Assembly: GCF_006345805.1 (NCBI RefSeq)
Contig: NC_042997.1
Coordinates: 141,856,001-141,920,000, forward strand
Length of the DNA: 64,000 bases
DNA from: Octopus sinensis
Taxonomy: Eukaryota
Direction of reading: 5' to 3'
A program made the position numbers and the translations under genes. Under the pieces are notes generated by a model. The model made no database searches and was not told where the DNA came from. It saw only the letters and a program-made list of their open reading frames with translations. Below, piece by piece: positions 50,152 to 63,471 of the stretch (position 1 is its first letter; every line of letters begins with the position of its first letter).

Positions 50152-51154
50152 AACAACAAACAAGATGAGGACAAATATCCATCAAATGTAAATAATGTAC
50201 ATAATTCCTCATCATATATATTATGTATATAATTTCATATTGAGGTGATCTTGACTTGTTAGTCATCGGTTTAATGAATTAACTTATTATTTTTAACATG
50301 TTTCTCATAAAAAAGAAATATTTTTAAAATATCCACAACTGCATGTGAATATTTTTTAAAGTTACACTTCTCTTTCTTAATTGAAGCATAGTTTTACATT
50401 CTTTATTAAATTATAGTTATTTTCTATCACTAGAATAATATCTAAATTATGTTAGCAAAATAGGTTATTAAAATTTTCATTTAATTTGTAAATTACTGAC
50501 TACAGTTGTATGAAAGAAACTAGTAGAAAAATAAAAAAGAAATATTTATTTGAAGTTTAGTTGACGAAAGTAAACATATAATAATGTTTGAAAATTTACA
50601 TATGAACTATATTTGCACTTTAATTAGTATTTGATATAGATTTATTAATTTATATATTCATTTCATTCTTTCTTTTTACCTTGTTTAGTTTCTGTAATCC
50701 TTATTTTAAATGTCCTCTTCATAGCCATAACAGCATTTTGATTTCTTCACAGAAAACTGCAATTGGGAACCGGCCATCATTGAATCGTCTGTGAAGACCT
50801 TTGGTGAACATGTCAGTCTATATATTTGAATATATATATACAGCCTGCTGTGCTCCTTCTCTTTTTTTCCCCTCCCTATCCGCCACTCTTTACTACTCGA
50901 AAACTGGTGATGACAGTCCTGCCTCCGGAGACTGGAAGGAGCATACACACATATACACACACCTGCAATTTTAGGCAAACTTCCTGCGGACATTGGAGTT
51001 TTGTGACTGGCTAGTTGGCTGGTTGTCACTCTGTACCCTTAATGTCTTCCCTTTTCTCACTCTGTACACATTTACATAAATGTACACACACATACAAACA
51101 TATGCATGTATATATTTATATAAAAGTGTATATATAAATACGTATACATACATT

Positions 51155-51226
<72 letters not shown>

Positions 51227-52235
51227 CCTCCCCAGCTCTCCATTCTGTGAATTAACCCTAGCTGCTGATTTTAACACCCAAAACAATTTTTATACTGTGA
51301 CATTTGCTTGACTTCTTTTGCAAGAATGTTCGTCTTTGTTAATTATTATTTGCAAAGCTTCAATGTCACTCGGTCTCATTCCTCCCCGACTCTTCTTTAT
51401 CTAAAGCATTTTGTGCGCAAGTAAGAAATTAGTTATGATCAAACACATGCTTTCTCTGTCTCTCTCTCTTTCTATCTATCTATCTCTTTGTTGCACACAC
51501 ATATGAAATATCTCTCATATACACGCATATACAATCTCACACATAAACATATACAAGCTCTCTTACATACATACACACACATATACAATCTCATATACAT
51601 AGACATTCAATCTCTCTCATATACATACACACACATATACAATCTCATATACATAGACATGCAATCTCTCTCATAAACACATATATACTATTTCTCTAAC
51701 ATATACATACACATACCTACACACATACATTCGCTATCTCTTTTGTAGTTACAAATACACACATGCACACATAAATCCTTTGTGTCTACATGCTAAACAC
51801 ACAGGTAACAAATCATTATTTCTACTGTTACATATACAGTTGTAAAAGACAAGTTTCTTTTAATTTTGTTCCTGCTTCTCTTCCTCTTACTTGTGTTCAT
51901 ATTTTGATTCAGTTTTGGTTTACAGAGTGGGAGAGAAATAGCTTAGATTATTTTTCGTTTTATTTAGAATCGCAGTTAATGGGATGAACTTTTAACCTTT
52001 TATTGTTTACATTCTGTTTTTAAGATTTAAGTCGGAGGAAAATCTCAAATTCTTATAGGGAGATTTTTAACTGTTTGTGGGGGTAGGGGAAAGAGTTACC
52101 GTGGAGCTTCTTTGATTTACTGAATATTTTCATAAACCACCTCTTGAGCATAAAAATCAATGAACTTACATCCAAAATGAAATGAAACTAATTCAGTTAA
52201 ACATCAAATTATGCAACCTAATGGAAAACAATTAA

Positions 52236-52469
52236 CCCTTTGCCTATCCAAAGCATTTTCATTAAGTTTGTCCTAAATGTCCATGCTTGATTTCAGACTT
52301 TTAGTTAGCCCTTATTTCACACATTCTAAGTAATATAAAGCTTTCCTTTCATAAACCCTGAGTTATTCTGGTGGTTAAAAGAAGTTGGGGATGTGTATCA
52401 TACACGATGCATGGATTCCAGGGAAATATGTCTTGTGTGTCACATGTGAGATACAGGACAGGCAAAGGG
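52236..52469. mobile_element. piggyBac-type MITE (another family)
   Basis: TTAA at 52232-52235 and 52470-52473. TIRs CCCTTTGCCTATCC / GGACAGGCAAAGGG. Confidence 0.75.
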
Positions 52470-53577
52470 TTAAAATATGCAAATGCATAAATACATACTG
52501 GCAAACTCTAATATTTAACACTACTGTAATATGTGGTAGATGGTTTTGTCAAGGACCATTTATGGTCCAGAGGTCACCCCGTTTGGGAAGCACTGTTATA
52601 GGAAATTGTGAAATTTCCTTTATTTATTAGTTGCTGAGAGATGTTAGATATTAAATGATTTTGATAGGAAGTTGCCTAAAGAAGCTGGTGGGAAAAGCTC
52701 TTCAGGAGATTTTAGGCAAGCCATTCTTGGATGATTCTCAATAATCAGGATCATATTTATTTATTTTTTTTAATGATATTCATCCTTTTCATTGATATTA
52801 ATTTATTTTCGTGCTAAGGTTATTTTAAATAATACATTTGTATACATTAAATGTAAATGTTGACATAGATACAATTTAAACAGAAAATGGTAGGGACAAG
52901 CTGAACATCAAGTGGAACCTTGTTTTGTTTGAAGTTCTTTGTTGTTGTTGTTTTGGGTTTTTTCAAGTGAGGTGCAGTAACACAATATCTATCTATATCC
53001 ATGTTTACATTTAGTAATCTTACAAATTAGATTATTCATTTTTATTGAAATGATGTTGGATTATTTAACCATTTCACATTACCCTCTCCTAACACAAAAC
53101 ATTTGTTCCCCAAACTACCTTCTCCTCTCCTAGTTCCAGTTATATGGTAAATAGCGAGGAAAAAATTATCATGGCAGATACAAAAAAAATAATAATGAAT
53201 TTACTAATAGTAATAAATTGTATTGTTTTACAACGTTTTTTTTTTTGTATTTTTATGAAATAAAATTTGTAAAAGATTATGAAATGCATAGTATAATCCA
53301 CTGTGCATTTCACATTATATATATATATATATAGTGTGTGTGTATGCAAGCATATTTAACCTGTTTGTGTATATTCAGATGTGGAAAGCCAATACCCTGC
53401 ACAAGTTGTTTCAAGGTATTGCCTATAAGAAGAATTTCTTCTCTCATGATATCTTGTGCAGTGTATTGTCTTTCTATGTCTGAGTGTGTACAAGTATGTT
53501 AAATATGCTTGTACATACATACATATGTATGTATGTATGCATGTATGTATATATGTATTTGTGCATATCTCTATATG

Positions 53578-53624
<47 letters not shown>

Positions 53625-55361
53625 CATCAAGCAAAGTGAAAGTGTTCTAATGGCTACTTAAAGATTTAAAAACATACATGTTGCTATCTTCAATATTCAT
53701 TTTTTTATTTTATTTTGAGTTAATAGGTAGCAGAAGTTATTCCACCTCTCTGTGTTCAAATTCCACCAAGGTCATCTTTGCTGTTCATTTTTTTTCTCAG
53801 GACTGATAAACAATGTACCAGTCCAAGGCAGCTGCTTGGCAGAATTGTTAATGTTATTAAAACAATATATCTTCCAATATCTGTTCCAGTCAATGTGTCA
53901 AATTGACAGAATCGTTAGCATGCCAGACAAAATTCTTAGCAGCATTTCGCTCATCTTTACATTCTGAGTTCAAATTCCGCTGAGGTTGACTTTGCCTTTC
54001 ATCCTTTTGGGGTCAGTAAAATAAGTACCAGTTGAGTGTTGGGGGTGATGTAATCAATTTACCCACTCTCCTGAAATTACTAACCTTATACCAAAATTTG
54101 AAACCAACATTTGTTTCAGTTCTTTACATTCTGAGTTTAGATTCTGTCAATAGCCATGGCTGGCCATCTGACCACAGGAGTGCACCTACTCCACCCTCCG
54201 CCTCCTTCATACACACAAACACGAAACTTGTAATTGGCCCATCTGGATAATTTAGGGCCTCTGTCAACCAATGTTGACCACATGTCTGTACATGTATCTG
54301 CTCAGCCTAGGGTAAGATTTTTTTTTCTTTAGGGAGAGTAGCAGTTACCCATACATGCATGTCCCTCCTCTCCATGTCTTCGATATCCATCTAAGGGAAA
54401 GACCACCAACTTGGGCTGATACAGCTTAACATTGGTGTCATCGCAGGAATTGGTATCAGAATACAAAGAACCAGAAGGCATCTCATCCAGCCCTTTAGCA
54501 GTTCTATCAGTCTATTTCCCTAAATTAGTACATTTTTATCAGCCCTGAAAGGATAAAAAATAAAGATGAATCTGAGAGGATTTGAACTCAGAATGCACAG
54601 AATCAGAGGAAACACTGCAAAACATTCTATCCCACACTTTAATGACTCTACCACTTCACTGCCTTAGTGTCCATAATTATGCCTATAGCCAGCATAAGTT
54701 CAACGGCAACTACAAGCTGAGGTTTCTTTGTCAGTGGATCAACCACAGTTGAATGAAGTGGAATTATTTTGCAGTGTAAACTATCAAACAGTTTCTTTGT
54801 ACATCATTGATTTAATGCTTGACACAATTCCACTGCAGCTTTGACATTGTGTAACCATAACACTATCTCAAAATCAAACAAAAATTAATATCTATATGTG
54901 TGTGTATGTCTGTGTTTGCCCCCCTCCCCACTATCACTTGACAACCGATATTGGCGTGTTTACGTCCCCGTAACTTAGCAGTTTGGTAAAAGTGACCGAT
55001 AGAATAAGTACTAGGCTTACAAAGAATAAGTCCTGGGGTCAATTTATTTGACTAAAGGTGGTGCTCCAGCATGGCCACAGTCAAATGACCGAAACAAGTA
55101 AAAGGATAAAGGCTTGTGTGGTGTGTGTGTGTTATATTGACTATTATGACTCTTTCCACAAACATAAATGTTTCAGTTTGAACACATGGGCTCAGATATA
55201 ATGTACACACACACATGTATGTATATTTGTGTGTGCGTGTGTGTTAACTCTTTTATTTTCAGTCATTGAACTGTAGCCATGATGGGGTACAGCCTGTGAA
55301 GATTTAGTCCCAATACTTATCTCAGTTTGGTATATATTTTATCAGTCTCTGAACTAGTGTA

Positions 55362-55395
<34 letters not shown>

Positions 55396-55465
55396 TGAGA
55401 AAAACCTGTGATCAGTGTGGGCAAGGAATTAATTAAAATATGTAAAATGATGTCAATGAAAGAAG

Positions 55466-55720
55466 ACAAAGATAAAAATATTGTATTACTTTACATGATC
55501 CTAGAATATTTCAGGAAAAATATCCTTTTTCAAATACAAGAAGTAAAATAACTGAAGTCTGGAGAAATGTGTTGCTGTTAGCAGTAAGCCATCCTAATAG
55601 TTCACCAATAAGAATGCATTTCTCCAGGCTTAGATTATTTTCCTTCTTTTATTTGAAAAGGAATATTTTTCCCAAAATATTTTAGAATCGTGTAAAGTAA
55701 TACAATACTTTTATCTTTGT
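55466..55720. mobile_element. Foldback/MITE-like imperfect inverted repeat (arms about 104 bp)
   Basis: 55466-55569 pairs with 55617-55720 (ACAAAGATAAAAATATTGTATTACTTTACA... / ...TGTAAAGTAATACAATACTTTTATCTTTGT). Confidence 0.75.
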
Positions 55721-56019
55721 TTTTGTAAGAGTTGTTTTTCTTGAATTATCATAACATCAGTAAATAACCTATGTAAGGTAATATATCTTTATTTATATCT
55801 TTATTCATTAATATCACCTTACACACTTTGATTGAGTCCCCACCTGCAATGTTCTGAAAATAACTCATTTACACACACTCCAATTCTTCAAGCAAATTAC
55901 AGTGCATTTTTAGAGGAGGAAATAAAAGGAGCAGTCAAGGTAAAAATCACCAAGTGGAACTTGTCTACATCTCACACACACACACATTTTATAAATGTTC
56001 TTAGTTTTGTTAAAGAATA

Positions 56020-58730
56020 GCATGACCAACTCAAAAAGATCTAATAAAGCATTGCTATTCTCAGATAAATTTTAAAACATATACAAGATAGAGCATAGCT
56101 TCTATAACCAGTATTTAAATAGCATTATTACCTAAAAGGTAAAATATGCTGAAGCCCTGAGCTTACAGCAACATAAGTACTGATGGCAAATCTATAGTTT
56201 AAGCTTTGATATAGACAACAGTTGAGAAACACTTGCCAAACACAACTCTTTCATCACAATTAAGGACCATAGAAATAATTGTAGAGCCAACCCTGGTTAA
56301 TAAACCCTGCCAAATCAAAGTTAGGTCTCATCAGTAAGAAAATACCTAGAAGCATTAGCCTATTAGCATTTAAACCAACTATATCTAGCTAAAATATTCA
56401 ATTTGTTTTATGCTCAAACTGACCAAATCCAGCCTTTCACACCTACCCTACAATGTTATTCTACTTTAAACAATCACATCATTGAAATCTCAAGGATTGT
56501 GAATCAAGAAGCATTATATTGGACATAGTAATCTGAATACTAAAGGGTTAACATTGGTTTCAAATTTTGATACAAAGCCAGCAATTTTAAGGGAGCAGGT
56601 AAGTCAGTTACATTGACTCCAGCATTCAACTGGTACTTACATTTTGACCCTGAAAAGATGAAAGGCAAACTTGACCTCAGTGGATTTTGAACCCAGACTA
56701 TAAAGAGCAGGAGGAAATACTGCTAAGCATTTTATCTAACTCACAAATGATTCTACTAGCTCACCACTTTTTTGAAACATTAATATTATTAAAGTATATT
56801 TATTATCTTGTGATATAAACCTGTGAGCTTATTTGTTAGATCTAGAATATACAAGATAATTACATTGATAATTATTGATTTTTTAGTATTTGATATCCAG
56901 GGTTTTCCTCATTAAGGCACTTGATTTTTTTGTCTTACCTGTATGCTCCTTTAAATAATACAAAGACTTAGATATGATACTTCATGCTAGGAAGACTCTA
57001 CATTTTTACAGAGGCTCAGCCTGGAGGAAAATAAAGACCCAGTGGGTACCTTTGTTGTGAGCAAGAGGGTACCTTCAGTGTGGCAGCACTGACATCTATG
57101 ATTCCATTGGACTATCATCTTAGATGTTTTAAAAAGAAGATTCCTCTTCGCTAGTTTCGCTCTCTGTACAGAGACAATGCCCTAGCCATTTCCAACCACA
57201 TTAATGGGTACATGTTAGGTTAGGAAAAGACATTAGCCTGAAAATTGTTAGAGAGACACAAATCTTACAATAGTCAGCTTTCTAAATACCATTCTAAACC
57301 TTAATAATGATTCTTTTAGGAAACAAAATCTGAAACTCACATTCATTAACATAGGATCCTGCCACCCTTAATATTCAGAAACTTCATATGAAAAGCATAA
57401 GCTGAATAACCTCCAACTTAACATACAAGAAAAACATCTGTAGGATGGTTCCTTACTACAGTAATGTTCATGATGCCAATGGTTTCAAAGGTTAAACTAC
57501 CTATGATCTCAACCAGGGAATTGCCAGAAGATCAATGCACTGGAAGGTCAATTGGTTTGCACTACAACTCCCTTTCATCCTCAGCATTTATAATATAGGT
57601 AAGATCTTGCTCAATTTGATGCTGGCAGGTTCCAAAAGAACACAAAGAGAGGAAATTATTCAACAAAAAGACAGGTAAGACCACCTATAACTGTACACTT
57701 AAGAAACACATTATCTCATACAAACCTGCCCCTACTGTGTGGCTAAATATCAGGTAAGAACCCTGCAATGGCCTACTGGATGGAACATGTAACATCGGGG
57801 CCATCATTTACAGGGCTGAAGTTAAACCTCCAGACAGGAACCAGAACATAAGCCTAAAACAATATATAAGATTGACTAATGGCTCCTTTAAGCAAAGATT
57901 TCACAACTACACCACTTCATTCAGAAACACTGAAAAACACAAAAGAATTAAACAAATTCTTCAAGTTACATCAGATAAAAGAAAATGGCACAAAATTTGA
58001 CATCAACTGAAAGATTAAAAACAATCTAAACCATACGCAAATGCTACTAAGAGAAGCAAGCTCTGCACAGCAGAAAATAACCTAATCCTACTAAACTTAC
58101 AGAAACAAAGTTTGTATTTTAATGGTAAGACAAATATCAATACTCAGGCATTTGACACCCTCATAAGCTCCATCTTTCTAAAAATTACTCTCAGATTCAG
58201 CATGAGTCCTATAGATCTTGGTTGTACAACTGTAGGGATTTACTCTCTAGAATGGTTCCCAAAACCCTTCTGTATTTTCTGTTTTTTCCCAAGTGTTCTT
58301 TTCCTCCCCCCCCCCTTTCCCTGTGTAGTTATCTCTCACTCTCTTTTTCTTTCCCCATCATTCCTTTAATATTTAGTGTGTATATATTTCAAGTGTGTGT
58401 GGGTAACATATATGTGGTTGGGAGCCTATAAGTAAACAAAATAGTAAATGAAGATAACTCCTTCCCTTACATCAGAAGCATACAGAATATAATAATGGAG
58501 ATAATTCCCATAATAAAAAAAATGCAGTACAGGCTCTTCCATTTCCAAAAGAAAAGAATGTACAACTTTTTTCCTGTGGTCAAATTTCGTCCATAAATGC
58601 TCCTAAAAGTGCAAGAGATAAAAAGGGCAATCATAACAGTTGGTTTCAAAGTTCTTATCACTAAGATATCTTATAGCCTGATGAGTATCTGAACCTTTAT
58701 TTAAGTACAAAAGAAGTAGTTGCTACTACC
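56020..58730 (+). mobile_element. Decayed Penelope-like retroelement (RT, C-terminal GIY-YIG endonuclease, 3' hammerhead relic), interrupted by a MITE and a SINE
   Basis: Peptide relics: FITIKDH (about 56250), LINPAKSKLGLISKK (about 56297), FDIQGF (about 56889), YRDNALAI (57167), LLDGTCNIGAIIYRAEV...KQYIRLTNGSFKQRFHNYTTSFRN (about 57770-57930) and KPYANATKRSKLC. Many stops and frameshifts. Confidence 0.8.
58674..58725 (+). ncRNA. Degenerate hammerhead ribozyme downstream of the Penelope-like ORF
   Basis: UAGC-CUGAUGA-GUAUCUGAA...UUUAAGUAC-AAAA-gaagUAGUU-GCUA. Stems I and II pair, but the GAAA box is mutated. Confidence 0.45.
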
Positions 58731-59856
58731 ATTTTGTCCAGGAATTGCAATATATTTATGAACTTATAATGAATTCTTCCAAGCAAGAGCCTACTGGTAT
58801 TTGCCAGAAGGGAATGAACCACCAGTGGATCTGGCTTTATGGAAACCATACTGATGGTCAAGTAAAATATTTAATTATTTCCATCTATGGTTTAATCAAG
58901 GATTAATCAATGAATGTATATTTAAAATGTAGATAATGAAGAATCCATAACATAAAAATCAAAAATAGGTAACCATTAGATATGAAATTCATATCACCAA
59001 TTTGATGATTTTTTTTTTTCCTCTTCTTGACACATGCAATTTCAGAAGAAAAATTTATAAATAAAACTAACTTTAACCCACTGAAAATAGCACCCACAGA
59101 TCATACCTTATTTCTTAAAAAAATTTTAATGTATTTCTGGAGACAATATATTTTTTATATATGACAGAATGGTCACAACTAGATCAAATTTTAACCATAG
59201 ATCTGTTTAGTCAAGGCTGATCTAAACAAGAGCAACAGCAGATGATTTATGATTAAACAGCCTGTATTTTTTTTTAATTAAACACAAACGAATTTTTGGA
59301 GTAGAAATGGACATGAGCATTCAATTCAACTTGCCCCAACTTTGCCAGTACCCAAAGGAATTTGAACTTAAATCATTAGAGCATCTGACAAAATATTTTA
59401 CAATGTTTGTTCTCTCTCTTATAATTTGAGTCCTATTGTGGTCAGCTTTGCCTTTCATCTATCCATATTACTATTGCTATGATAGTCATTATAACAGTAA
59501 GCTGGCATAGCCATTAGCCCATTGGACAAAATGCTTATTGGTATTTCTTCTGATCCATTTGATGCAGCATTTAAATCCTGTCAAATTAACCTTGTCCTTC
59601 ATCTTTGGGGCTCAATAAAATAAAGTATTAGTCAAGTACTTGGGTCAATGTAATTGACTAGCTCCACCCCTCAATATTTTGGGCATTAAGCCAAAATTAA
59701 AAAGAATTATTATTATTATTATTACAACCATTACATGCTATATCAGTTAGCAGAAATGTTGTCTTGAGATCTGGTGACAACAAGTCTCCTCAAATCTCAA
59801 GAATCTTTCTTAAGATTTTCTTTGCAGAACACAGTATTGCAGGTTGACAATGCAAG

Positions 59857-59859
<3 letters not shown>

Positions 59860-59919
<60 letters not shown>

Positions 59920-59935
59920 TATTATCATTATTATC
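59860..59935. repeat. (ATT)n microsatellite
   Basis: Directly visible. Confidence 0.9.
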
Positions 59936-60934
59936 AATATTCCACCAAGGTTGACTTTGCCTTTTGTCCTTTCAGGGTTGAGGTAATCAATCGGCCTCTT
60001 CTCCCAAAATTTCAGGCCTTGTACCTAGAGTAGAAAGAAAGGATTATCGTTATTATTTAGTAGGTGGTGAGCTGTGAAGACCCGTGACTTTATCTTTCAT
60101 CTTTTCAGAGTCAATAAATTAAGTACTAGTCAAACACTGGGGTGACTCTAATTGATGAGCCCCACCTCTCACAACATATCAGGCCATGTACCTGTAATAG
60201 AAAAGATTGAGGTGAAGAATCAGAACAATAAAAGAATTATATCCTGCTATCAACAGACCTATTTGCCCAATCCTAGGTAAACTCAAAAATCATCATTGTT
60301 CCCATTGTGACTTCATATCAAAATCTATTCCTGGACTCAAATTACATTCACTCATCCACTGCAGTATCTTTATTTTTAATCTTTTATTTTTCTTTTAAAT
60401 CCTTTCCTTCAAACACTCATATGTCAATATCAACAGAAGTGATTATTACTATCATTATTATTATTATCATAAGTGGATTGGTAGAATTTTGTTGAGCATC
60501 AGAAAAAATATCTTGCATTCTTTGCTCTGGCTTATTATGTTCTGAGTTCAAATCCTGCTGACGTAAATTTTACCTCCCAGCCTTCTGGACCTGATAAAAT
60601 AAAGTACCAATCGAGTACAAGAGTTGATATAATTGACTATTCCTCTTTCCACTTCTATATATGTACCTAATCGTATTTCACCCAATTTTGAGACTTGTGC
60701 TTATTTTGGAAAAAAAAAATGATGATGATAATGATGATGATGATGATGATGATGACGACGATGATGGGGATAATAATTGTTATTGTTGCTATTGTTATTG
60801 ATATTATTATTATTATTATTATTGTTATTATTTTAAGTTGTTAATTTGTATGTTTTTAAAAGAACCTATACCTTTGTTGATCTAACTGTATATATGTATA
60901 TGTATGTGTATATGTATATATGTATATGTATGTG

Positions 60935-60965
<31 letters not shown>

Positions 60966-61419
60966 ACATACAAACATACATATACACACATACACTGGAG
61001 AGATTTCAAAGTCATAGCCCAAACAACGGCAGAAACCATGATTAGGTGAAATTCTCACCAACAGCAATTTTTTGAAATCATCTTTTTCTCCTCTCCGTGT
61101 TGATGTTATTGAAATAAAATTTCTGTTGAAACTCATTGTCTTTGTTCTTGTAATATCATTGGGAAAGGAAAAAAAGATAGACAAAATCAAAGGAAACTGG
61201 TGGTGATCTGCGTTAGTAAAAATTATACAAAGAAAAAACAAATTCATAGGTTCAGAAAGGTTTGTATGCCACAAAGTGATGAGAAATCTGATGTTTTGAG
61301 ACTGATTTTTTATTACAGAGAAAATAAATGTTTTAACTTAGATAACTTAGATTGGTTCTAGCCATTATCAGCCCAGGCCATGACTAACTCAATAGCACCA
61401 CCTGGAAAAGTCTTTTTAT

Positions 61420-61880
61420 TAATTATTTCGGGACACCATGGACCACTCAAGCAGAGAGTTGTTGTTGGCTGAGACATATCCAGGTGTAGGTGGTTTATCC
61501 GGTGTTTCCTAGAGGAATTTGTCCAGGTACCATTTGAAGGTTGTGGGGTCTTTTTCTGCTTTAATTTCTTTCAGGATAACATTGAAAAGAGTAGGACCAT
61601 TCGCAGTGAAAAAATTGTTCTGCAATGTTCTTATGTGATGTCTTCTCGACCTCTGTAGGGGACACATTGCATGGGGACCCAGTCTTGGGTGAATTGTAAA
61701 CATAATACCAATATCATTTGGATAATATTGGTGGAATATTTTCTACATGCTACAAATAATGTAACGCACATGGTGACATTGCAAAGAATAGACTTTCAGC
61801 TGTTTAAGTAGAGCCCAGTAATCAAGTCCCTTCACGCTATTTATTTTTTTAGTAATTAATCCTTGGTTTAATTGAAAAAA
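61420..61880 (-). mobile_element. Decayed CR1/L2-group LINE 3' fragment
   Basis: VKGLDYWALLKQLKVYSLQ, FFTANGPTLFNVI and FKWYLDKFL..PDKPPTPGY are typical LINE ORF2 C-terminal motifs. Confidence 0.7.
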
Positions 61881-63471
61881 TTTTATAGTAACTAGGTTAC
61901 CTTTTTTTTTTACCTTTAGAAGACGAATCAGCCTTGAAATATCAGACACTTATCTCCTTACGGTTCATGGACTTATCTAAATTTGTGAATTTGAGAAACT
62001 GTGTATCTAGTTTGATGAAAGTTCTCAATCAACAAACTATGTGCATAGGTTTTGAATCTCTGGTCTAACTATTTCACCTATGTTACTAATTCTGTTAGGA
62101 AATGTATGAATGAATGTCATCACATGTTTTTACTTCCTCTGTTGTAAATATTTAAAGAAGAATCAAATACCATTGCAGGTTCTGCTTGTCTTTTATGCTG
62201 TTAGGCAATACCATCATTTGCAAAGTCATGAAGTGATATTTTTTTATGGTATTTCATGTAGTACCATGCATTTCTAGTCTATTACCAATTCTATTTGGTC
62301 TTCTACACTAAGTATTCTAGTCTGCACTTAACTGTTCTTCATGTAGAATGTACATTTGGGAAATTTCCTAGTATCATTATATTAAATTGTTTAATCAGTG
62401 AATAATCTAAAAACAAAGGAGAAAATTAAATTATATCCTCCCAGTTATTTCACGGTCTTCTAATTACATACACATATTTCAGTAATACAACCAGAACATG
62501 TTTCGAGTTGTCATTATATTTGCCCAAAGATCAGATTTATTCATACTGCATTAATTTTTTAACTAATTTTTAATCATTTTAATTGTCAAAGTTCTCTTCA
62601 TCATTTAATGTCCATTGTCCATGCTGGCATGGGTTGAACAGTTTGACCAGGGCTGGCACACTGCAAGGCTGCACCTGATTCCAGTCTCATTTGGCATGGT
62701 TTTCTACAGCTGGATGCCCTTTCTAGCACCAACCACTCCAAGAGTGTAACGGGTGCTTTTACATGCCACCAGCATGGGTGCCATTTGCATGACACCGGTA
62801 TCTGCCATGACTGCGATTTTACATGGCTTGATGGGTCTTCTTCTCAAGCATGATATAACGCCATCATGAACACTAAGGGCATTTCCCCATTAAAATTATT
62901 TTTGGTAAATATATCAACCAGTACTTAATCATGTTTAATCTCCAGATAAAATAGCAACACAATGAGATAATAAAACCATTGTATAGGTGTAGCTGTGGAT
63001 GTATGACTAAGAAATTAGTTTTGTAAATAGATGGTTTTGAGGTACCATTGGTGAGAATGGTCTACCACAGCGCTGAATCAAATAAAAGCTTTGAAAGTGA
63101 AATTTGGTAAATGGAAATGACATGGAAGCATATGGAGATACTGTAACATTTCTTGAGTGGTAGAATTAATCTCGTACCCAGTCTAAAATGACCATCTGCA
63201 ACTTCAGAGCACTTTGTGGAGTCATCTCTGTTCTCAGGGTTGTCATCTTCAGACTGAGGATAACTTTTCCACTTCTGAATTGAAGAGAAGAAAAGGGGTA
63301 CATATGCAACCCTTCTGCTAATTAAAATCTCCAATAATATTCAACATACTTTTAAAAAAGCTATACAGGATCATGTAGTATGGTAATATCATATGACTGA
63401 AACTAAGATTGTTGTTGAATGTTTTTGAAGATGGGTCTGTTTTGTTGGGGATGATATGAGGGCTCAGAAAT

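Larger units (their letters stand above)
49694..50213. mobile_element. Palindromic element: two head-to-head tRNA-headed units, each carrying a minimal hammerhead motif
   Basis: Symmetry centre at 49948/49949 (GCCCA|TGGGC, no spacer). Each arm has an A-box (TGGCATAGTGG), a B-box (GAGTTCGATTCC), an (AAT)n tract, a CTGATGA...GAAAC motif and a unique tail. Flanked by (TA)n. Confidence 0.85.

Noticed and set aside
50790-50817. DMFTKGL as a Copia RNase H motif
   Set aside because: It is an isolated 7-residue resemblance with no other pol motifs or LTRs nearby.
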